Shown here one piece after another: positions 11,464 to 20,329 of a stretch of 20,329 bases of DNA (the stretch's first letter is position 1; the number at the start of each line of letters is the position of its first letter). Origin of the DNA: Ginkgo biloba (lineage: Eukaryota; Plantae; Ginkgophyta); contig JANKJI020000004.1 of the NCBI GenBank assembly GCA_024626585.2, positions 125,861,233-125,881,561 on the forward strand. The letters run 5' to 3'. The position numbers were made by a program, and so were the translations under genes. A model generated the notes under the pieces. The model was not told the origin of the DNA and did not search any database. It saw only the letters and a list, made by a program, of their open reading frames with translations.

Positions 11464-12280
11464 GAGCACAGGTGGATTACTACACTCTTCAATTACATGA
11501 CTTGATTTTCTGTTTCTTGCTCAAAAGTGAGATGGCTCAGCCAATGCATCAAAACCAAAGAATAAATTAAACAGTTTCACATTTGCTTCTCTTACTTGGG
11601 AGAGATAATTATATGCAGGACATTCAAAGGGTAATAAAGCATGTCCCTCAGGTCTTGCCCTTACCATTACCTTACCCCCTCCTCGAGAAGGGATTTAATT
11701 CTCTTTTGCTTCCTATTGTTTATTGTTTTTTGTGTATTTTAATTTAGCCTGGTTTTTGTGGTCTTCAAGCCTAATTGATCATTTTGGGTATCCTCTCCTA
11801 AGCCTTTTGTTTGTCCTATGTTTTTCTATGATGTTAAATTTTTCATCATAAGAACTTATCTTGCCTATCCAAAGTCCAAGTGGATGAAGAAAATCAGTCA
11901 AAAAAGTTCTCTAAGCAGAAAATAGCATCTGGATGAAAAATGCATGAAGAAAGAAACTAAATGAAGTAAAATGCAACGGTAAGCCTACACGTGCAGCACA
12001 TGGATGAGAACTCCATAAAGAGCAGAAACCTATCATTCATCTTCCAGTTCCACAGAGCCTACATTTACCTCTCAAATAGGATATGAATATGATGGAAAGG
12101 AAATACAATGACTAGTTACAAATTCTCTTATGGAAACGTACTTAAATTCATGTTAGATATATAGAGTAATATAAAATTATAAATACAATTAGTAATACTT
12201 TCCTTGTCTCTAGTGATACGATAATTTTAGTCACACCAATATTGATCATCTTTGCTAGATCCCTAATTCCTTATAAAGAG

Positions 12281-12667
12281 AAAGGTGACTAGATAAATGT
12301 ATTGTTTGGTTATTTTATCCCAATTTGATGATGGATTGACTGCACACTACATTTATATAAGAGAATTAGTCATAAAGTCCATCTACTGCTTTGACTCCTT
12401 CAAATATTTTATGGACTTCCAAGCACACATCCTTTGTCACTAACCCATATGATCTATCCTCAACACTAATTAAAGGAATGAAAGCGGTAATTAGACTTCA
12501 TGACTAATTCTCCTATACAAATGTAGTGAATACTAACTTCATTCTCATACCCTTTATAATTGCCCAGATTAAATAAAGGAACATCAACATTATCGGTTGA
12601 ACTACTAGTTGATCCAACTCCAAATCGGGATAAAAGCAACCAAACGATACATTTATCTAGTCACTTT
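12281..12667. repeat. Long imperfect inverted repeat (foldback / MITE-like)
   Basis: 12281-12341 pairs with 12607-12667, and 12345-12405 pairs with 12469-12528. Confidence 0.9.
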
Positions 12668-12767
12668 NNNNNNNNNNNNNNNNNNNNNNNNNNNNNNNNN
12701 NNNNNNNNNNNNNNNNNNNNNNNNNNNNNNNNNNNNNNNNNNNNNNNNNNNNNNNNNNNNNNNNNNN

Positions 12768-14398
12768 TGCTTTAATGACTTCTATAATGAAAGCTAATGA
12801 GACAAATTCATATGAGGATGTTAAAGGTAAAAATGAATGGGAAGATGCGATGCAAGAGGAGTATAACTCATTGATGAAAAATTAAACATGGGATTTAACA
12901 AAACCTCCCAAGGAAAAGAACTTAGTTGTATGTAAATGGGTATATAGAATCAAGTATATATGTAATGGTCAAATTAAAAATCATAAAGAAATACTTATTG
13001 CAAAAGGATTTTCATAGAAAGAAGGTATTGATTACAATAAAGGTTTTTCACTAATAGTAAAAATGAACACAATAAGAATCATTTTTTCATTAACATCTCA
13101 TTTCAAATGTTAGGTACATCAAATGGATGTTAAAAGTGATTTTCTTAATGGAGGATTATAAGAAGAAATCTATGTGGAATAACCTTAAATATTTATAAAA
13201 TTAGGTGAAAAAAATCTTATATGTAGGTTGAATAAGTCCAAGTTGTATGGATTGAAGTAAGCTCCAAGAGTTTAGTATTCAAAAATTTATAAACACTTAA
13301 AGAAGGATAATTTCACAAGGAGCCCATTTGATCCAAATTTGTATGTGAAAAATAATGAAGAACATATACTAATTATTGTTATTTATGTTGATTATTTAAT
13401 CATTATAGGTAGCGACATCAATTTGGTTGAATACACAAAGAACAAGTTGAAGAAAATTTTTGATATGTTAGATTTAGGATTGCTTCATTGTTTTCTTAGT
13501 ATAGAAGTATGGCAAGAAGAAAATAATTTTTTCTTATCACAGTCAAAGTATGCAAAATATTTTTTTAAGAAATTTAAGATGGAANNNNNNNNNNNNNNNN
13601 NNNNNNNNNNNNNNNNNNNNNNNNNNNNNNNNNNNNNNNNNNNNNNNNNAAAATAATTCAAAATAGGTTGATGCTACATTATTTATACAATTGGTTGGAA
13701 GTCTAATTTATTTGACAGTGACAAGACCAGATATCAGTTATTCTATTGGTTTAATTTCTAAATTTATGACATCCCCTCATGTTGAAAATTAAAATAATAC
13801 AAAAATAATTTTAAAATATATCAAAGGTAATTTAAATTATGTTATTGAATACACATCAAAGNNNNNNNNNNNNNNNNNNNNNNNNNNNNNNNNNNNNNNN
13901 NNNNNNNNNNNNNNNACTAGGAAATATGTGTTGATGATCAAAAATCAACTTTATGTTATGTATTGAACCTTATAATAGGTCTTATTTCATGGATTAGAAA
14001 AAATAAGTTGATAATATCTTTATAATTGATAGAAGAAGAATACATTGGAGTAGTTGCAGCTATGTGTGAAGCAATTTGGTTGAGAAGAGTGTGTGGTGAT
14101 CTTAATCTTCATAAAATATAANNNNNNNNNNNNNNNNNNNNNNNNNNNNNNNNNNNNNNNNNNNNNNNNNNNNNNNNNNNCACAAAATATCCAAGAATAT
14201 TAAAATCCATCATCACTTCATTAGAGACAAGATCTTGAATGAAGAAATCAATCTCTAGTATTGCAAGATTGAAGATCAAGTTATAGATATTTTTACAAAA
14301 GCTTTGAATAAAGCTGAATTTATCAAGTTCAGAGAAATGTTGAATGAAAAAGACATATAATTTTCTTGTGTGGTATAAAATTTTTCATTAAGGGGGAG
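12768..14398 (+). mobile_element. Degenerate Ty1/copia LTR retrotransposon pol (RT + RNase H) ending in a polypurine tract
   Basis: Translation gives EWEDAMQEEYNSLMKN*TWDL, CKWVYRIK, AKGFS*KEGIDY, HQMDVKSDFLNG, LYGLK*APR, YVDY (degenerate YVDD, 13384-13395), LVGSLIYLTVTRPDISY, HHHFIRD and EDQVIDIFTKAL. Many stop codons. PPT AAGGGGGAG at 14390-14398. Confidence 0.95.
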
Positions 14399-14600
14399 TG
14401 TTAGAATTATAATGACATTTCTAGATTAGGGTAAATGACTTATGTTGATTATTGTGTAATGTTATATTTTGTGTCTTGGGAGTTGTGTTGGCCATGTAAC
14501 CATAATTATAAAATAACTCTATATATGTACATTTTGTATCAATGTAATTTAATTTTTTTGTCTTAATCTTTATATCTTTGTATATGTTTCTTACCTTTTA
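14399..14600 (+). mobile_element. Start of the 3' LTR of the copia element (right end uncertain)
   Basis: TGTTAG begins immediately after the PPT; TATA-like CTATATAT near 14519. No clear CA terminus identified. Confidence 0.65.
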
Positions 14601-15129
14601 ATACTTTTCTCATTTATGCATTCCATTTCATCTCAATGCTTGATTTCTTTATGATTACCCATTTTTTTTCTTAGAAAATAGATATCCTAATTTGTTATTT
14701 TATTGCATATATAGTATGGGTTTATTTATCCATATTTTACTTCATATAAAGATATCTAAGGAAGTAATTATATTTAATGAATAATAATCCTCTTTAATAT
14801 ATATCTCAACCCCTATCATATCATTCATGATTTATATTCTTATGCCATTTTTCTCCTTTCTCCTACCCCTCCTTTAATCTGGAAGCCCAGAGATTGCTTT
14901 GTTTTATTCCCCTATCTTGGAATGATCCTTTCCTCCCAATACCTCGTCTCTGTAAAATTATTTCCCCTTTCTTGGAACCATTTGTTTCCTTCCAATCCCC
15001 AATCTCGGTTGAACTTTGGCTTGGATCAATCAGCATGACCAATGTCCGTATATATCTCACACCAGGCTCTATGAACCAAAAATCCCTTCTGCATATAAAT
15101 AGAAGAAAGCTTTAGTATACAGCACTTGG

Positions 15130-15540
15130 TTATGCAACCCTTATGTTCAGTCGTTAGTCCATTAACATATTGAGTAATGTATAGAGAGTAAAAATGACAA
15201 CAATCTGAAGGTTGTATTGCATTCTTGTACCAAACCAGTTTGCATTAAACCTCATTTGTTTATCAATCAGAATTGACAAAAAATCATTTTGTGAATTTCT
15301 CTCATTCTTAGAACTCTGGGTGCAAGATCTTCTTAATGTCTAATTTCCTTATTTAGCTACCAATNNNNNNNNNNNNNNNNNNNNNNNNNNNNNNNNNNNN
15401 NNNNNNNNNNNNNNNNNNNNNNNNNNNNNNNNNNNNNNNNNNNNNNNNNNNNNNNNNNNNNNNNNNNNNNNNNNNTGATTGAATCTCCATCACTGCTAAA
15501 CTTGAGAATATCAATTTTGGCCCTTCTATTGACCCATAAG
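15130..15540 (-). mobile_element. Decayed retrotransposon gag-like remnant
   Basis: Minus-strand peptides RAKIDILKFSSDGDSI (cf. gag KxDxPxFxG) and TQYVNGLTTEHKGCI (cf. FxxGL); broken by a gap, stops and frameshifts. Confidence 0.4.
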
Positions 15541-15601
15541 TATTAGTACTTATAAATCGGTGTACATCCTCCATCTTGTTTTGTTTGGGCGGACCACTAC
15601 T

Positions 15602-15673
15602 ATTTGACATACAAGTCGCAGAATAATGATTTAATTTGACATGTGAGTGGCAGAATAATGATTTAATTTGGCA
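15602..15673. repeat. 32-bp tandem repeat x2
   Basis: ATTTGACAT...AGT.GCAGAATAATGATTTA at 15602 and 15634. Confidence 0.85.
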
Positions 15674-16657
15674 GATATCTTATCCTTATACATATAGTCA
15701 CTATAGAATGGATATTGAATTAGTTTGATAATATGTCAAGCATTTAGGACAAAATGTTCAACAAGAGAATACAAGATGTAATTTAGAAAGTACTGTCAAC
15801 TTGACCTATTTACGAAGGGTCCTCTCCAACAGCTTTTCGTGCAAGTAGGACAAACTCCATAATTGTCCATAGATAATTTGAAAATGAGAGATTTATTAGG
15901 TATATAACCCAGATGACTACCATGCAATATCTTAGCCAAGAAAACTTTAGCAAATCAGAATGCACACACTTGGAAGCTGAACACAGCTGAACCATACCAA
16001 ACTACAACTAGAAGCTTCTTATAGATCCTTAGACCGCTATGCTCACAAATCTTCAATAAGATGATTAATACAAAATGTGGGTATATGACACCAACTCACT
16101 CACACAATTGTCTATTCCCACTGCCAGATCATACTCTAACTAATACATATCATTCTTCCCAACACCAAAATGGGTTTAGTTACATGCACTGATCTTAAAT
16201 AGGAAAGGGGATCAGATTGAAGAGGCCCATGCAAACAAATTCTTAGTCTTCTCAGACTTGTTTGCCAAACTGTTCACAGGCCTTTGTGGTTGAACAAGAG
16301 ATGGACGAAGAGACAAAATCCTAGACACCACTAGAAAATTGACACAATGACAAGGCAAATCTAAAGACGTTGACCAAAGGGGAATCTGGAGGATGATCTG
16401 ATAGGAAAGATCCTCAGTGATCTCTGAGGTTGGCCTAGAGGAGTAAAGTCAAAGGCAGGACTCAAGTTTAGTAATGCTTAAAGAAACCGTTGAGTGGAAT
16501 GAAGAGCATAGCAGAGGTCATAGCAGAATCCAAGCAAGATTTGAAGGAGTTGACAATGAAGATTATAGACAAATGAGATGGATACCAACTAACAAGTAAC
16601 TTGCCATTTGATAGTAGCAGTTGTAGCATTGCAGTAACTAGAGAATCAGAGTGAGGA

Positions 16658-17427
16658 GAAAAGCCATAGAACAAAGGGGAGTAGCAACGGGAGTCCGGGC
16701 ATAAGCAACAAAAGACAACGCAATAGCAAAAAACAAGATTAGTTCGTCAAATTGATGGCAAAAGGGCCTCCACCACTAACAACAACATCTTGGGCAACAA
16801 AAATCTGGGTTACTTTGGAGAAGTTGTCAATAACTACACCATACTAGTCAAAAGTTTAAGAACTCAGGGGCAGTTGAGACACTACAGCAATCATACCATG
16901 CTACAAGCTGCGAAGTCTGAGGACCTAGGAAACACACAACACCAGGGAATAAATTTAGAATATACAATAGCAATGCCATCAAAGAAGATATAGAAAATTA
17001 GAGATTGCTTTTTGGCTTTACTTTGTTGTCCTCTGAAAAGCCAAAGAACAAAGGGGAGTAGCAACGGGAGTCTGGAGAAAACAACATAAGCAACAAAAGA
17101 CAAAGCAATAGCAAATAACAAAATTAGTTGGTCTAATTGATGGCAAAAGGGCTTCCACCACTAACAACAACATCTCGGGTGACAAAAGTTTGGGGAACTT
17201 TGGAGAAGTTGTCACTAACTACACCATACTAAAAGTCAAAAGTTTGAGAACTCGGGGGTGGTTGAGACAGTACAGCAATCATGCCATGCTACAAGCTGAG
17301 AAGTTTGAGGACCTACAAAACACACAATGCCAGAGAATAAATTTAGAATGTAAAACAGAACACCATCGGAGAAGATATACAAAATTAAAGATTGTTTTTT
17401 GGCTTTACTTCATCATTGTCCTCTGAA
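16658..17427. repeat. Tandem duplication, ~380-bp unit x2
   Basis: 16658-17034 and 17035-17424 align throughout (ACAAAGGGGAGTAGCAACGGGAGTC ... TTTTTGGCTTTACTT ... TTGTCCTCT). This explains the paired similar ORFs 16790/17190 and 16891/17018. Confidence 0.95.
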
Positions 17428-18023
17428 TTGACCACAAGGATAATAATAACAGATGCTTTTCTCCAAGTGAATCTTCTTTAGCAGTCACTATTATTAGCCT
17501 TAGCATTCAACTTTACAGATAATGTGTGCAGCTAACAAGTTTGTGGTTGGAAGAATTCATTTGTCCTATAATGCATGAGATGGAACACCTTGCAAGAAGT
17601 TCAAATACNNNNNNNNNNNNNNNNNNNNNNNNNNNNNNNNNNNNNNNNNNNNNNNNNNNNNNNNNNNNNNNNNNNNNNNNNNNNNNNNNNNNNNNNNNNN
17701 NNNNNNNNNNNNNNNNNNNNNNNNNNNNNNNNNNNNNNNNNNNNNNNNNNNNNNNNNNNNNNNNNNNNNNNNNNNNNNNNNNNNNNNNNNNNNNNNNNNN
17801 NNNNNNNNNNNNNNNNNNNNNNNNNNNNNNNNNNNNNNNNNNNNNNNNNNNNNNNNNNNNNNNNNNNNNNNNNNNNNNNNNNNNNNNNNNNNNNNNNNAC
17901 TGCTCTTGGAAAGTCTTTCCTTCCTTTCTTGTACAACATTCAAACTTCAAAGATATCACGTAATACAACACTGTTCCTAGAATAAGGAAATGATTGCTTG
18001 CTGCTTAAGTCAAAAACACTGAC

Positions 18024-18102
18024 CCTGAGAAGAACCTTGTACTGCAACGGATGTGGCAACTTGTAGCCAGCGAACAGCACATTTGGATCCCTGTGCAATT
18101 GC
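18024..18102 (-). CDS. NRPB11: RPB11 coding exon 3 (CDS incomplete after this exon)
   Basis: GTGACAG| acceptor and AGG|GTCAGT donor. 79 nt encoding (M)QLHRDPNVLFAGYKLPHPLQYKVLLR with the conserved FAGYxxPHPL motif; lies inside ORF 17940..18134. Confidence 0.97.
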
Positions 18103-18518
18103 CTGTCACAGATGCATGCAATGTTAACACGCAATAGATTTTGAGTCTGGCACTTTAGGGCTCATCTGATGTAGAATAAAAATGAAGGAATCAAGCCGGT
18201 GAAACATGAAAGAACAGTTCCTGCATATATTAAAATAAGAGGAAAGCTTGATTAACCTAAGTGACGAAGGGCCTGATAAACAAAATGAAACTTGATTTTA
18301 TCAATCTAGGTGATAAAAAAACTGATTAAAGGAAATACAATTTTAACACATCCAGACCAAAATACAATTTCCATGGAAATTGGGTACTACTGCGACTCCC
18401 AAGTAGGGAAAAACAGTGCACTCTAACGCATCTGACAGGTTGTATTTCACCAATGGGTTAAACCTACATTATCTATGATAAAATAACAATTACAAGTCCA
18501 ATTTGCATGAATACTTAC

Positions 18519-18608
18519 ATGCGAACAATATTACCAATTGTGTGATCTTCTCTCTCAATGATGAAGGTAGCAGCATTGATAATTTTCATGTCCCTTTCAT
18601 ATGTTACT
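18519..18608 (-). CDS. NRPB11: RPB11 coding exon 2
   Basis: TTGTCAG| acceptor and |GTAAGT donor. 90 nt encoding (K)[29 protein letters not shown](M), including the RPB11/RpoL signature EDHTxGN. Phases match both neighbouring exons. Confidence 0.97.
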
Positions 18609-18693
18609 CTGACAACTCAACACCCAAAATTGGTTCCATGTCACCGAAACAGCCATCTCAAAACCACTAAAACCCAAACAAGCGTTATATGCT

Positions 18694-18702
18694 AAACCCT
18701 AA
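18694..18702 (+). promoter_or_regulatory. telo-box (AAACCCTAA) in RPB11 intron 1
   Basis: Exact AAACCCTAA about 200 bp inside the gene. Telo-boxes are common in 5' regions of plant gene-expression machinery genes, but a single 9-mer may be chance. Confidence 0.35.
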
Positions 18703-18849
18703 AATAACAGAATATGGCACTACACAAAGGTCTTGGGTTTTTTCAGGCCGATTTATGCCTATAGAAAATATTAATGCAGATGCGCTTCTGATAGGTAGAG
18801 GTGAATAATTCAAATAACATTATAAATGGAGTGGAGGATTGATAAATAC

Positions 18850-18902
18850 TTTTTGGTGCCCTCGGGCACCACAAATTTTTCGTATCGATCAGGGGCGTTC
18901 AT
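18850..18902 (-). CDS. NRPB11: DNA-directed RNA polymerase II (shared IV/V) subunit RPB11, coding exon 1
   Basis: Reverse complement reads ATG AAC GCC CCT GAT CGA TAC GAA AAA TTT GTG GTG CCC GAG GGC ACC AAA AA|GTATTT = MNAPDRYEKFVVPEGTK(K), the plant RPB11 N-terminus. 53 nt, phase-2 GT donor, CACCATG start context. Confidence 0.96.
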
Positions 18903-19329
18903 GGTGACTTGCTGGGCGCAGAAGGTCGAAGATTTTGCTCCAAAATAAAGTGGTTCTTGTGCCTTCTACCAACTTCTGTCAACCTTTCTCCGAAGGGCAA
19001 GAACAGAGAACACAAATGATGCATCATTTTTAGCCTGACTTGGATTTTTTACTCTGAAAAAAATCAAGCACCGTTACTTGACTTAACTACTTACCTCGAG
19101 GTCCTATGGAGGGAGGCCTTTTTATTTGTGCGAGCGGGAGCTGCTAGGTGAATGGAGGGCGTTGTTCGGCTGCCCAGAGAGTAGAGCGTGATCCCTNNNN
19201 NNNNNNNNNNNNNNNNNNNNNNNNNNNNNNNNNNNNNNNNNNNNNNNNNNNNNNNNNNNNNNNNNNNNNNNNNNNNNNNNNNNNNNNNNNNNNNNNCTCA
19301 AGGTTCCTCCATGCTCTTCGCATCACCTA

Positions 19330-20329
19330 CAAAAATATAAAAAGGATAAAATTTCTTCCAAAGCTTTCTTTTTCTTCATTCTCCTCACTTCTTGTCCATT
19401 TCTTTTGTTCACTCGTCCAATTCTCTTTGGACAACTTGTCAACCTCCATTGGTCGTTTATTCACTGCCTGTTGCCCGCTTTTCAATAGCTTTGGATTGTT
19501 TGCTGGCTGCCTTGGACTGTTTGTCCAACCTTTTTCACCGTTTGTTGGCCTCCTTTAGTCATTTATCGACCATCCTCTTTAATTTGCTACCTTCCCTTAT
19601 TTGTTTATTAAACGGCTTGGTTTATATGCTATCTCCCTTTGACTGTTCGTTAAACGACTTTGTCCGTTTTTCAAAATTCTCTGTCTGTTTGCTTCCCCAT
19701 CCTAGGGATCTTTTCTCATCTCGCAGTCCTCTTCCTCAACCTGCTCATTTTTTTTTTTTTTTATCTCTCTTAGAGCTCCATTGGATTGTTCATTTCCATC
19801 ACCAATATTGTTACCATCCATTGCCATATCCTCCATGGCATCATCATCCTCTTTACTTCTTTTTTTACAGCTTCCTTGCCACCTTCCTCATCTTCATCCT
19901 CCACTTTTAATGCCTTGGCATCCTAGCTATTATCCTCAACACATGCATTCATCACTCGAATCACCATTAGTACATTCACTTCCACCACCATCATGCCAAC
20001 CATAAAATTTAGATTCGATTAGGATTCACTTTCCATAGGTTTCTCACCCAATTCTTTACCATGCATTTCCTCTCATTCCTCACATGGAACCTGCTCCTCC
20101 ATTTCACATGAAACCTCTACTTGTGCCCCCTTACCTTTCCCTTGCATGGGATCTTTTAAAATCTGCTTGGCCTTCTTTTCACATGGAATCACAGCTAGTT
20201 CCTCTTCATTTGACCCTTTTATGGGTTCTTTTGAAGTCTCCTCTTTAAAATCCATTTCCTCCACACTCATTTTGTCCTCTAAATTGCACCTCATCATATC
20301 CTTTTTTCCATCCACATGCTTCTCACTAG
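19330..20329 (-). pseudogene. Decayed E/K/D-rich coding sequence, probably transposon-derived
   Basis: Minus strand is purine-rich with charged reading frames (ORF 20073..20315; VEDEDEEGGKEA; DDDAMEDMAMDG) interrupted by stops and homopolymer frameshifts. No family motif recognised. Confidence 0.4.
19425..19669 (-). repeat. Degenerate 21-bp (7-codon) tandem array, ~11-12 units
   Basis: Minus-strand units such as AAACGGACAAAGTCGTTTAAC, AAACAGTCCAAGGCAGCCAGC, AAACAATCCAAAGCTATTGAA and AAACGACCAATGGAGGTTGAC. Confidence 0.75.

Noticed and set aside
11620-11875. Possible LINE 3' end (T-rich tract ending CTTGCCTATCCAAA)
   Set aside because: No real poly(A) tail, TSD or recognisable ORF2 motif.
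17513-17985. Several long ORFs in the ORF track
   Set aside because: Artefacts of reading through a 290-N gap.
18609-18849. U12-type intron (donor begins GTAT)
   Set aside because: The donor is GTATTTAT, not the U12 consensus GTATCCTT.
19148-20005. Plus-strand L/F/S-rich ORFs (136, 172, 74 aa)
   Set aside because: Antisense shadows of the purine-rich decayed minus-strand frame.
1-20329. CRISPR arrays, tRNA/rRNA genes, prokaryotic operon-type systems
   Set aside because: No repeat-spacer arrays or structural RNA genes seen; the sequence is spliceosomal-intron-containing plant-like DNA.

Overview
AT-rich, gap-riddled eukaryotic (land-plant-like) genomic window. The only recognisable host gene is RNA polymerase subunit RPB11/NRPB11 on the minus strand. 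Three coding exons (18850-18902, 18519-18608, 18024-18102) splice in frame through GT-AG introns to give [75 protein letters not shown] could not find the remaining ~40 C-terminal codons in the 18 kb downstream, so they lie in an N-gap, lie beyond a very large intron, or are lost. That 18 kb is a graveyard of decayed transposons: a Ty1/copia RT-RNaseH with PPT and 3' LTR start, a Ty3/gypsy RT fragment, a probable solo LTR, gag-like and older copia remnants, CACTA-like subterminal motifs, a long foldback and many local tandem duplications. I cannot support a novel protein-coding system. The most unusual signals are non-coding: a pseudoknot-shaped element at 121-180 with HDV-ribozyme-like strand order, the two-stem foldback at 12281-12667, a duplicated exon-like block (6103-6341 / 8675-8919), and a possible TE-derived upstream exon next to the RPB11 start.
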